A stretch of 64,000 nt of DNA. Origin: Paramoeba atlantica. Taxonomy: Eukaryota > Protista > Discosea. The stretch is from positions 620,001 through 684,000 of the forward strand of contig CDRNVI010000039.1 of the NCBI GenBank assembly GCA_977017575.1. Reading direction: 5' to 3'. Each line of letters starts with the position of its first letter. Position 1 is the first letter of the stretch. Shown one piece after another: positions 1 through 10,600 of the stretch. The notes beneath the pieces were generated by a model. It was given only the letters and a program-made list of their open reading frames with translations, had not been told where the DNA came from and ran no database searches. The position numbers and the translations under genes were made by a program.

Positions 1-339
1 ATTTGTACCTAAGAATCATCATTTTTGGCTTACATGTAAATCCTTCCTGTTTCTTCGGCTTTCCTGGCCAAATTTACTTTTTTAGTCGCTTCGTTAAACG
101 CGGAGGTAGTTTTCAATGCGAAGCTCGCAGCATCAACCCACCCAAATATGTGTTCTAACACGCCTTGAGAAAACAAGAATAAGGAAAATTTGTCACGAAA
201 GTTGACAGAAAAGAGAAAGCTGGTCAAGAAAGCATGTCCCCCCAGGAAGAGAGATTTGGCTATTTTGACCAAAAAACTATTCTCTTACTGGGGGGTCTGC
301 CGTAGTAGTTATAATGCGAATTCAGTGATCATTGCTTGA

Positions 340-1443
340 TCATTGTTCGTTGTTCCGCAAAACTCTTTTTGAAGCGAGTACACGTAAATTTTGGGCGCGA
401 ATCTTTAGTTTCTTGGCGAGAATATTTTGGTTCATTCTGTTACATATGAGTAACGCGTCGCGAAGCATATTTCGTAAATGCAGGTGAATGGGATCTGAGG
501 GAGGTGCACCAAGAGCTAGCGGGGCACCATCGAAAGATGCAGATGAAGTATAGTGAAGTGCTTTAAGAAACTTTTCAACTGTTCCTTGAAAAGGTGTAAC
601 CAAAATTTTCAAAGCATCGTTCCAATTACCTCCTTTATATAGAGTACGCGCTAATGTACAAGCCAATGGTGGGCAACGAGAGATTTCTTCTTTCTCAGAG
701 TGTTCTAGAATCAGTTCGGAGGCCTCAATCCAATATTCACGCCTCCGAGCTATGGCTCCTAAATACACATAATGAGTAGATGTAACATACTTCATCATTT
801 TTGCGTCATTAAAAAAAGCCATCGTTTCTACCACGTTATTGTTCTGATAATAGTGGCGAAGCAGAGCTACAGTCAGAAGTTTTCTCTCTGAAGGAAAGCT
901 TTGCAGCATTCTGGTTACTTCTTTAGGGCTGCAATTTGTGTCTAGTGATCTTAAGAGTGCGAACTGCAGAGAAATTTGACATGGAGATGTTTTCAGTCCA
1001 AAATGTTGATAATGATTCTGGAGTCTGCACGCAAGACTCAAAGCCTGATCGGGACGTATGTATGACAGACTGAAAAGCAAGTAAGAGCACAAAGAAGATA
1101 TCCACCCGCACATCGTCGCATGATTTACATATCCTTGATACGGCTTTCCAGGAGGACTGCTTCGTGTGCCAGACATCGAGCACGCATGCAACAAAACTCT
1201 TTCCTCGTAAGTTTGTATAAAATTTCTTGTCTGCAATATTAGGTTTGTAACGCATGACGGATTCTTGCAAAGAAGTAACGGAAGAAGTCCCTTTACGGAA
1301 AGCAGCACAGAACACCGAGGTCGTAGCTTATTTTGATTATTCAAGATTGCTATGGCTCGTTCCCATCTATTTGTCCGAACACAGGTATGCAGGAAATCTC
1401 GTAATTCCTGCTTAGATATGACTTCCGAAATGATAATTTTCAA
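340..1443 (-). CDS. Hypothetical helical-repeat (PPR/TPR-like) protein; start uncertain
   Basis: 367-codon ORF in the gene-strand direction with amphipathic helical composition. The ORF opens on TTG; the nearest upstream ATG (~1468) is in another frame. Confidence 0.5.
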   Translation of the reverse strand: MKIIISEVISKQELRDFLHTCVRTNRWERAIAILNNQNKLRPRCSVLLSVKGLLPLLLCKNPSCVTNLILQTRNFIQTYEERVLLHACSMSGTRSSPPGKPYQGYVNHATMCGWISSLCSYLLFSLSYIRPDQALSLACRLQNHYQHFGLKTSPCQISLQFALLRSLDTNCSPKEVTRMLQSFPSERKLLTVALLRHYYQNNNVVETMAFFNDAKMMKYVTSTHYVYLGAIARRREYWIEASELILEHSEKEEISRCPPLACTLARTLYKGGNWNDALKILVTPFQGTVEKFLKALHYTSSASFDGAPLALGAPPSDPIHLHLRNMLRDALLICNRMNQNILAKKLKIRAQNLRVLASKRVLRNNEQ

Positions 1444-1767
1444 TCGGCTTTTTGTCTAAAAACATCCATTGGATATAAAGAAGAAAAATTCTATCATTTC
1501 AATTATTTCACATTATTGAAATTAAAAAATATTATTATTATAATTAAAAAAACATTAAGTCTCAATATAAAATGTAAATTAATACATAAACTTTAGTGAA
1601 AACAAACTGATAAAAGCTGAAGCCAAAACTTAGAATAGAATATGAAACTCTATTTTTTTACTCTATACCTTGCTTCCACAAAAACGTGGTATTACTTTAT
1701 ATGCAATATTATCAACGAAACGATTTTCAAAAAATTCATAGCACAAAGGACACTATGAATAAAGAAT

Positions 1768-3714
1768 TCATATTGTGTCGCTTACGCCTCGAACGTACAT
1801 GTTGAGTACATAATAGCAACTAAATCTGCGTGGAGGTTTCCGTTGCAGTGATGCACTATCATTAGGATAATCCGATGATTGTTTTGTGGCGCTGAAAGGG
1901 TGTGTTTCGTCACACGAATCAGATCCGACCTTCCGTTTTCGCGAAGTAGTTCCCGAGATAAGCTCTCCATTATCAGAGTCACGATTTCGCCAAAGCTTTG
2001 ACTTCCGGTCGGAACTGAGTGAAAGCACTGCGGCAACGTCGGGACACGCTGAGTGCACAAATAAAATACTATACTCAAACGTACGTAAGTTCGTTTTATC
2101 TTGGTTTTCAGATATTTGACATTGATCCCCGTTCTGGTCTTCGTAAAAAATATGGGAATCGCGCTCCTGAACATAGCTGCAAGTAAGAAATCCTCCAGCC
2201 AAGGGACCTGTGACGCGCCTACGAAGAAAATTCGCAAGAGAGGATAGGAGGTCGTGTCCTACACTCTCGGTATAAGTTGCCGCGGAAGATGGGTTTATCT
2301 GTACAAAGAACCGAAGACGGAAAGGCTTTTCTGGTGTCGATAAAGGAATTTTCATAGGAACATACTCGCGTGGGATCATAGTGTATTCCAAAGGCATTCC
2401 CAAAAGCGAGGGTCTCCTCCACGTATGTACCAGTGCAGCACTGTGCTCACTTTCGAAACAGAGCAAGGCTGTTTGTGTGGTTAACCCAATGGAGCGTATT
2501 TCCATCTCAGATGAGGCCCCTGAAAATAAGCTTTGAAGAGAGTGATTAATTATCACCTCCATATCACCTTCAAGTCCGGAGAGAAAAAGAATGTAGCGCT
2601 TATCATTGGGGTGGGAGCCTGGGAGCCCATGCGAGGAAAGTGGAATTGAGTCCCAAGTCATATTTCCGAGAAGAGATACGTCTTTCACGCACAGGGGTGA
2701 CGGACTAATGGCCGGTGCCAGCAATGCGGAGCGAAGTAATAAAGCAGTAAACCAATCGTGCAGCAATACATGGTAGCGTGAAACCTTGGATTTACCAGCG
2801 GAAGGTTTCGAAAGTTGCTTTTTAGATAACTTGGGGATAGAATGGCCAGAGAGAGAACTAGTGTTTGCAGAAACAATTTTCTTGTACGTGCAGTAGGGAT
2901 AGCGATCCAGAATTTCTTCTACTTGTTCCATTGTGCAAGGACGTGACATATGAAGTTCGACAACTGGACTTTGTGCATATGAAACTTCCTCTGGTACTTT
3001 CTTCTTTCGAATAGCGTTCACGCGCCGCGCATCACTCTTCTTACTCAAAATATTGCTATCTTCGTTTTCAATGAAGCCTTCATTCACGTTTGATTCGTCG
3101 TGTTTCAATATTCTTGCTTCGATTTCGCAACCAAATAATTCTTTGTGATTCAATTTTTGCTGAATCTGTTTGTATTTATGAAATTCATGTTCGGGAAAGT
3201 GCACTGCGACAGTTACACCTTCAGGGCCCACACTTTTAGCGTTGTAGTAGACTGAAAGACTCTCCTCAGAATGGTTGCGCAGGGAAGTCGTAAGTAAATA
3301 ATTGGTGTAAAACGCGCATACATCAGTAGGAAGATTTCGAATGAGAACCAATCTTGTAGCCCGCTCTGCCAGGAAAGTTCTACTGAGAGGTTCAAGGAGA
3401 ATTTTTGTATTGGCAACGGTTATTTTTCCTAGCTTATGAATTCTCTCAACGTCGTACTTACTTTTGCAGTAGACGATCACCCCTTTCATATCTGGAGTAG
3501 GCTCTGCGTATCCACAACGTACTTTCGTGAGTAAATTAATTGCTTTGCAAAACTGTTTGCAGACTGCATCGTAGTGTAAATTTGTCGACGGAAACGGAGT
3601 GCCCAGGATTCCAAAGCTACGAAATTCTTCCTGGGGTCCTTGGCAGGCGATCTGATCCATGTGCCAAACTGACAAAATAGAAGAAAGTTTGAGTAGGGTT
3701 CTAAATGCAACCAT
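1768..3714 (-). CDS. Hypothetical protein, possibly with divergent RRM-like domains
   Basis: 648-codon ATG ORF on the gene strand. Short hydrophobic beta/alpha patterns (RLVLIRNLP, YILFLSGL, ALLCFES) resemble RNP motifs but are weak. Confidence 0.6.
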   Translation of the reverse strand: MVAFRTLLKLSSILSVWHMDQIACQGPQEEFRSFGILGTPFPSTNLHYDAVCKQFCKAINLLTKVRCGYAEPTPDMKGVIVYCKSKYDVERIHKLGKITVANTKILLEPLSRTFLAERATRLVLIRNLPTDVCAFYTNYLLTTSLRNHSEESLSVYYNAKSVGPEGVTVAVHFPEHEFHKYKQIQQKLNHKELFGCEIEARILKHDESNVNEGFIENEDSNILSKKSDARRVNAIRKKKVPEEVSYAQSPVVELHMSRPCTMEQVEEILDRYPYCTYKKIVSANTSSLSGHSIPKLSKKQLSKPSAGKSKVSRYHVLLHDWFTALLLRSALLAPAISPSPLCVKDVSLLGNMTWDSIPLSSHGLPGSHPNDKRYILFLSGLEGDMEVIINHSLQSLFSGASSEMEIRSIGLTTQTALLCFESEHSAALVHTWRRPSLLGMPLEYTMIPREYVPMKIPLSTPEKPFRLRFFVQINPSSAATYTESVGHDLLSSLANFLRRRVTGPLAGGFLTCSYVQERDSHIFYEDQNGDQCQISENQDKTNLRTFEYSILFVHSACPDVAAVLSLSSDRKSKLWRNRDSDNGELISGTTSRKRKVGSDSCDETHPFSATKQSSDYPNDSASLQRKPPRRFSCYYVLNMYVRGVSDTI

Positions 3715-3895
3715 TCATCATAGCACGTAAGGGGTTCGTATAAGGTAACTATATATTAGCCCATATGTATTATTGAGTACATAAAATTAGTAACACTATG
3801 AACGCAGATGGGACAATCTTAAGCAGGTACGACTAGTTTAGCGAGATGCGTACCTCTAGTTTCCATCAGTAGTTTCCTCTAGTTTACAATTTCGA

Positions 3896-4699
3896 TTATT
3901 TCACACATCTGTTCCAGTTTTTATCTACTATATTCCAATTGATACAACGAAAAAAATTTCGTACGTACTTTGCTGGATCCATTTCGTAGTCAATGTAGTA
4001 ACTGTGTTCTGACATATCTAAGTTAAGCAACGGAATATAATCCATAGCAATTGGCGAGCTTCCGGGATCTACAAGTGACAGGAGCTCAAATTTGTAGTCC
4101 GCCCACACTAGAAATACCCACCCGCTGCCTGGAATATTTAAGGCATGTTGAAGAAATTGAGCCTGAAAATCATCTAAGCTTCCATACTGCAGTACCAGAG
4201 CGTTCCGCAGTGACTGTGACATGGTAGACCCAAAAGGAGTAATACATCGCCAAAAGAACGCGTGATTAAAATGTTGAGTCGCGGCATGGAACAACGTGGC
4301 AAGTGTGGCATCAGCGTTAGTTTTCCGAATGATAACATCCAAAGGCTGAGCCTCAAACATTGTTCCTAGTGTGTGCTCGTTGAGTTCCGACACAATCTTT
4401 CTGTGATATCGGTGATAGTGAATTTTCAACTGTGTCGGGCTAAATAAGGGCGATACTCCTCGTTCAATAGGATAATCTAATTTCGGCAAATGAAAGAAAC
4501 CCCGCTTTTTTCTCGTTTGTTCTTCCTGCTCTACGCATCGATATGTATTCCAGAATCTGAGGCTCGGGCAAAGCGCATATCGTTTTGCGTATTCATCGTC
4601 GTGCGTTATTGCAGACGGACTGTGCAGGTGGCAGTTGTGTTCGTTCATTCGAGGCTGGAAGGCAGAAATCCAGTTAACGACACGTGTAGATTGCAACAT
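3896..4699 (-). CDS. Fe/Mn superoxide dismutase family protein with N-terminal extension (likely mitochondrial)
   Basis: LPKLDY, IHYHRYH, QHFNHAFFW, GSGWVFLV and PLLNLDMSEHSYYIDY motifs. Start placed at MLQSTR (ATG 4699). Confidence 0.85.
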   Translation of the reverse strand: MLQSTRVVNWISAFQPRMNEHNCHLHSPSAITHDDEYAKRYALCPSLRFWNTYRCVEQEEQTRKKRGFFHLPKLDYPIERGVSPLFSPTQLKIHYHRYHRKIVSELNEHTLGTMFEAQPLDVIIRKTNADATLATLFHAATQHFNHAFFWRCITPFGSTMSQSLRNALVLQYGSLDDFQAQFLQHALNIPGSGWVFLVWADYKFELLSLVDPGSSPIAMDYIPLLNLDMSEHSYYIDYEMDPAKYVRNFFRCINWNIVDKNWNRCVK

Positions 4700-5021
4700 G
4701 TATGCGTACAAAAAATCTAAGAAAAGAACGAGAAGAAAATAGATTGACTTACAGTTTGCCAAGTTCGCGTAAATTCTTTTAAAGGAAACATTACACGAAG
4801 AGTTTTGTTCAGAAAGTTCCTCAACAATACATACTTCAACCGTAATCACATATTGCCGAGCTAAACTTTGAAATTGGTACGCAGAATCACACACATAATG
4901 TTTGATAATAGTCCCACTGTTAATTTTAGCAGTTAAATATTCCGGTATACACATGTAGTACACTGCATGTATCAATGCTTAAGTTAAATTAGCATACGCT
5001 TAACAAGAATCTATTCATGTA

Positions 5022-5612
5022 CTAAAACCTTTTCGATACAAACCCCCCTCTTAAAAATCCTCCCGCGCGACCCCTCCCAAAGTCGCCTCCCCTTGAACGC
5101 ATCGGGCCGCCACGACCCCGACCTGGGCCACCAGGACCTCCGCCGCGACCCCGTCGAGCAAACGTTCTCGGTGGATCCGTAAAGCGGTTGAGTGGAGTGA
5201 TCTGTGAAGGACTGATGCATAAGACGAACCCCTTTTCTAAACTCTTCGCCTCTACCCCTGTCTCAGGTATTACAGAAAACATGATTTTGGAGGTTGTCCC
5301 AAGAACGTCGTCGATACGCCCCATTTTAACTTTATTTCGAGTGTACACAAGGGCGTTGAATCGAGGAACCGTATACGGCTTCTTGTTGTAAGCAAAAAGC
5401 AACTTATCCTCACATGCATGGATATATTCAGCGACTTCCTCGACATATTCTGGAGGATCGGGTTCTGCAAAGCCGCCGCGTCGGTTTTGCATTTGCCCTC
5501 CTCTCCCACGCGCTGCGAAACCTCCCCCATACCCCCGAGACCCTCCGCTGGCTCCGCCTCGACCGTACTGGTTCGCATTCCCACCCCTAAAAGGCATTCC
5601 TCCTCGAGCCAT
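5022..5612 (-). CDS. GAR1: H/ACA snoRNP protein Gar1
   Basis: RGG-rich ends flanking a core HACEDKL...VPRFNALVY...GRIDDVLG...PLNRF. Confidence 0.92.
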   Translation of the reverse strand: MARGGMPFRGGNANQYGRGGASGGSRGYGGGFAARGRGGQMQNRRGGFAEPDPPEYVEEVAEYIHACEDKLLFAYNKKPYTVPRFNALVYTRNKVKMGRIDDVLGTTSKIMFSVIPETGVEAKSLEKGFVLCISPSQITPLNRFTDPPRTFARRGRGGGPGGPGRGRGGPMRSRGGDFGRGRAGGFLRGGFVSKRF

Positions 5613-5893
5613 GAAGTTGAAAGAGATCCAATACAAATGACTTGAGTGAAATACATATAAATTTACATTGTACATCGTGTTCGTTGTAAGCACGTGGATG
5701 AGAGCTACATACGCATATCATTCAATATTGTGCTTCAACGTAAAATTTCTGCTATTTGGAAACTGTGAATTGAGTCATGCTTGTGATCTGAAGTTTTAAA
5801 TTAGTTTAAGTTTAAATTAGTTTTAAACTGTTTACCTAAGTGCAACGCACAAAATTATTCGTTTCCAATGTCCTCTCGTATTTAGAAAACAGT

Positions 5894-6277
5894 TTAATCG
5901 TTTTCTAAGTATATGCTATCACCAAAACGAATTTTTAACTCTGACTTTAGACGCCTCATGCGCTCTTCTATGTTTCGCAGTTCCCCTTGCATTTTCTGAA
6001 GACTGACGGCCTGCTCGGATTTTCGCGTAGAGATTAGCTTCTCAACATGATCCACCTCAGTGGGGTAAAAGCACTCTCCTATCACACATTTCACTTCGTC
6101 TGCAATAAAGATTTCGTCCGATGCGTCTTCTAACTTTGAAATGTCATCTTGTTTTTGCAGGATGAGTTCTTTTAGTTCCTGTTGACGAGTGTTGAGCCTT
6201 CCGAAGAGACAAATCTTTTGCTGATCTTGCCATGTGACGTCCGGTTGATTGTTATTTGCAACGCGAGAGGCGCACAT
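5894..6277 (-). CDS. PFDN4: Prefoldin subunit 4
   Basis: VTWQDQQKI...LEDASDEI...IGECF...LKSELKIRFGDSIYLE; coiled-coil/beta-hairpin pattern. Confidence 0.85.
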   Translation of the reverse strand: MCASRVANNNQPDVTWQDQQKICLFGRLNTRQQELKELILQKQDDISKLEDASDEIFIADEVKCVIGECFYPTEVDHVEKLISTRKSEQAVSLQKMQGELRNIEERMRRLKSELKIRFGDSIYLEND

Positions 6278-6416
6278 TCAAATAAAACAAACGATAAATT
6301 CGAAGAAGTATAGTTCCGTGCAATTTAAAAAAGACAACTGCCTATTGTTAAAGGCTCACAGTTACGCATTTCTTGCGTGAAACCAAAGAAACACACACTA
6401 AGAATACACCCCTTTT

Positions 6417-7211
6417 TTACGACACACTATATGCTACACGCGTTACCCCACTCTTTGTTTCGATCTTTCGAATGCTCATTTTTCCTATTTCGCGTAGATG
6501 GCTTATATGCGTCCCGCCGCAAGGTATTTTCCTGTCGTATCCTTCCACCCACATGTGTCGCAGGGGATTGCCATCAGTGGATGAAGTTTGTAATGAAAGG
6601 TGGACACGACAGTCTTGTTCGACAATCGCATTGCACGTATCCTCCAGCTCACGTATAAATGCCGATTTGGTTTCCTTTGCGGCCGTCTTGTTGCCAACCA
6701 GTGAAGGTAGGGTACCCGAATATTCAACTGCTGATCCAACCGGGTGGTGATTCGCTTTATAAACCGACATTTTATCGTTGTGGTGCAAAACATCCAGTAA
6801 GGCAATGTCTAAAATATGGCCCGCTGTATGCAAGCGACTATGAAGTCCACGTGTTTGTGCATCAACGTGCTGGCGTACGGAACATCCCACTGCGGGCATA
6901 TTGTTCCCCTTCGAAGACAAGGAATCATTAGACGAGTAATCTATTTTCCCTTGATGAACCACCTGACGGTGTGTATTAAACCGTACGCTCGTTACTTTAA
7001 TTTTCCAGTCTGGTCCTTCCAGAATGCCAATATCACACGGTTGACCACCCCCACCCGGGTAGAACAATGTTTTATCTAGAACCACAGCAACCTCACTGGG
7101 CTCTGAGCATTCCTTGTTGTCCGACAGTCCGACTGCGCAGGAGAGCAAAACGCTCAACCCAGAAAGGGAACTGAATTCGTGCAAGTACGACAAGATAGTA
7201 GGGCTACTCAT
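6417..7211 (-). CDS. Stand-alone alanyl-tRNA editing protein (AlaX-M type)
   Basis: VVLDKTLFYPGGGGQPCDIG, RLHTAGHILD (HxxxH) and PCGGTH (CxxxH). No aminoacylation domain. Confidence 0.9.
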   Translation of the reverse strand: MSSPTILSYLHEFSSLSGLSVLLSCAVGLSDNKECSEPSEVAVVLDKTLFYPGGGGQPCDIGILEGPDWKIKVTSVRFNTHRQVVHQGKIDYSSNDSLSSKGNNMPAVGCSVRQHVDAQTRGLHSRLHTAGHILDIALLDVLHHNDKMSVYKANHHPVGSAVEYSGTLPSLVGNKTAAKETKSAFIRELEDTCNAIVEQDCRVHLSLQTSSTDGNPLRHMWVEGYDRKIPCGGTHISHLREIGKMSIRKIETKSGVTRVAYSVS

Positions 7212-7620
7212 GATATAAAAATCATTTAAATTAGACAACAAAGTTTTAAAACTCTCAATGACGAAATGTGATTCTTTTCGGAAAATACCAACTCAAACTT
7301 ACTTCTTAAACTTCCTACCTAACGTAACCCAGCCGTTAGCGATTTGGGGGAAAAGACTCATGTGTCAAGGCCGTTCTAAAAGTGCTAAAGAATCAATATG
7401 CATGTATAAAACCTGGGTGATGTCTAGTGACTACAAAGGGATGATTTTATAATTAGTAAACTCCCTCTAAATTAAAAGATACCTATAATAGTTCCTTCTT
7501 CAATTATAAAATTTCCAAAAAATCAAGGAGTGGATAAACAATCAGAGATTAGCGGGAGTCCCCAATGTGTAACTGCTTGGTTCGCTTTCTCAGGTGTGGC
7601 GCTTCACTGTTCGAAGGGCA

Positions 7621-10600
7621 CTAACAAGTTTCTTTGATTAGCGGCTCTTCACCTGAATTCGTCTTTCGCTGAAGATAAACTCCTTTACAAGGAATTGATA
7701 TGACTTCCACATCGAGTTTGGGTGTATTTTGGACTTTGTTTTCATTCGTTACACATTTCGTCCCAGGTGCCGCTACAAAAGCATTTACATAGTCTTGTAG
7801 AGCACTCTGCATAAGGTTGCTGACCTCTCGTATTAAATCGTCTCGCACTTCGGTATCGTCCGTGGTGTCGACGTCTAACCATAAACTGGTTGGACCGACG
7901 AGAACCAAAAGTGCTCTTTTACTTTTACAGCTTTCTTTCTTCCGAAATAACTTTTTCCAAAAGTAGGATGCTTTGTCTTCTGTGTTCGACGTACTATTTT
8001 CTAATAGGCTTCTATCCCCAGAATAATTCTTTTTCAGATGAGCAAAGACTTTTGCGCAGGAACTCTGAACGACGGCGGCTGCAAAGCAGCTCACTGGAGC
8101 AGTTGCAAGCGCAGACAAATCAAAATTTGAGACGATAGAGGAAGTAAGATTACGATTGGCAAAAAATTTATTTTCTTCCACTGTAACATGTGCACCAAAA
8201 GGGAGGAGCACTCTTCCCTGATATAAAAAGCAGCTATCCGGCGTAGACATTTGATTGCTCACTTGAATAGATTCATCCAAAATATGAGCACTGCATTTGC
8301 ACATTCGCCGAAATAATTCCTCTTTGCTTTTCGATGAATCGACTGTAGTACAGAGTACCTGACTGTCGTCCCACTTTATAAGATCGAAAAGGTATGCGAA
8401 ACAAATTTGTTCCAAATTTTTCCATTCGAACTGCAGTAAAGATCCAGAGGCATTCTTTAAATCGCTTGCTGCCTTTCCAGATATGCAAAAATGTGATACT
8501 AGCTTTCTATCGCAATCCGCATCAAACGTGGCGTGGTGCTCCGTGTACTTGAGCGCTTGGTTTGTGATGGTAACTTCATAAAATGTTTCCGGCTTAACAA
8601 GACGTTGTACGTTCTGTAATCCAAAAGGACGACCGAGTGCAATCATTACCTTGGAAGAGTAGCTCATGGCAGCAATACACTCTGGACGAATCACTCCGTT
8701 CTCGTGAGTATATTCCCCGAACGAAAAGAAATCTTCTTTTTTGTTAGTCGGGGCGTCCTTTATAACTGTTGGGCTAGAATTTCTTTCACATGATTCCTCT
8801 ATGGGAGTGTCATCGGGCGCGGCATCCGTTTCCGGTGCTTGAAATATGGGGACTGTCATTAGTCCATTGTATTCCGCCTCGCAGGCTGCGAGCAAAAAGT
8901 CCATGCGTTCGTGGAGCATGGTCAATGACCCCATTTCTACTGCTTTCTTAATCTGGTTTTCAAAAAGTATTTCGGTATTTTTTAGGTCACCAGCAAGATA
9001 TTCTGCAAGAATCTCGACAGGTATATCCGATGTGTCAAGGCCTTTTTTCCAAGCTTCTTTTACATGATCAATTTTTCGCGTGCCTCCATACATCGGAGCT
9101 ACGACGTCCAATCCCGCTCCCCTTCCAATGCGCACTTTCTGCCCGGTCAATAGATATTCCGCGTACAACGTGTCCCATACCTTTCCACCACGTTCAAAAA
9201 ACTGTTGTAAGGTCGGCTGTTTCCACAAATAGAGAAGGTCAAACTTGATATTATGCCCGATGATGACAGTAAACTGAGCTAAATCAGGTAACTGCATTTC
9301 TGCGCTCGTTTGATATCCTTCGGATGGAATAGAAAGCATGCCTTTGTAGTCCAGTAATCCAGGTAAAACGACCCGATTCTTATCACTGAAACAATTCGCA
9401 ACACGGCCATGCATTTTATGTGCTGTGGTTTCTAGATCCAAAATAAGATATTTTGAGTACTTATCTCGAACGGTCGATTCCTCGTGCTTTTGGCTCATCA
9501 GCGTGGAACGGCAAACAGAATCCCATCGTTGCACATTAACGTAGTCCGCAGGATAGAACGCTTGTTTTCCAATGGTTTGGACCCCGAACGTTTGGGCAAT
9601 GCTTTTCCCTTCACTACTTTCAGCATCTGTAGAGGACTTGCCTTTCTTTAATTTATTGAGATACGTCAGTTCATCCCTTTTCCAGTAACTGTAGGCCTTG
9701 ATTCTATTGAGAAGTTGAAGAGAACCACCAGTACCGTCACATGCTTTGGATGCAAACAGCTCAAGAAGCGCATCCCAGTTAAGTTGTCTAGTTGACTCCT
9801 TTATTTCGTTGCCAAAAACTTGAAAAAATATATCTTCCTCCGAGGCAGCACTTCTACACAACATAACAGTCGCGTCCTCATATACATCCAAAACTTGGAC
9901 TCGTACCCCACAACATTGGCGGAGAGTGTTGCACAATGAGCTTTTATATGCGGCGGTTACAAGAAGAATCGGCTGCGATGTGCGAGACCGAATCATGCGA
10001 GGAAATTCGGCCATTGACATGGCTTTCGTACGCTCGTACGTATGCAGGTTAAGTGCCACAATATGAGTTTTAGTGCTCACATGCGCCAATCGATTTCCCT
10101 GTATCAGTAAATTCGGTGAAGCGGTGTCATTACCTTTAACGCGTGGAACCGTGCAAACTGCTTCGACAAAATATACTTCCACCGGCACATCAGCCACGGC
10201 CCAGATATGCTGCCACCAATTCTGATAGCGATTTCCGAAGTGAGTAAATGTGTGAGACATGGCAGTGGTCACATTGCATGTTTTAATGCCAAACTTCGAG
10301 CAGTATTTCTTCAAGAATTCGTCATTTTCAGAGCCAGACTGCCCAGATTTTTCACAGAAATTGACTCCAGTATCACATTTTTCCAATTGGTTCCCGTTTT
10401 CCGAGAATTTTAGTAAAGAATAACCTCGCTGCTTTCGCAAATAATCAAAGAGAATTGATTTTACACTCCTTCCTAACAAAACGTACGAAACTGTTGGCGG
10501 GTTATTATCCGTTTTCAGAACCGATGACGTACACACCTTTCCAGATGTCGTATCGTTTGCATACAGGACTTGAAGTAAGTCGCGAACTTTACACTTCAGC

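Noticed and set aside
5040-5160. Skew-flip GC island at GAR1
   Set aside because: C-rich on the top strand at both ends and fully explained by RGG codons.
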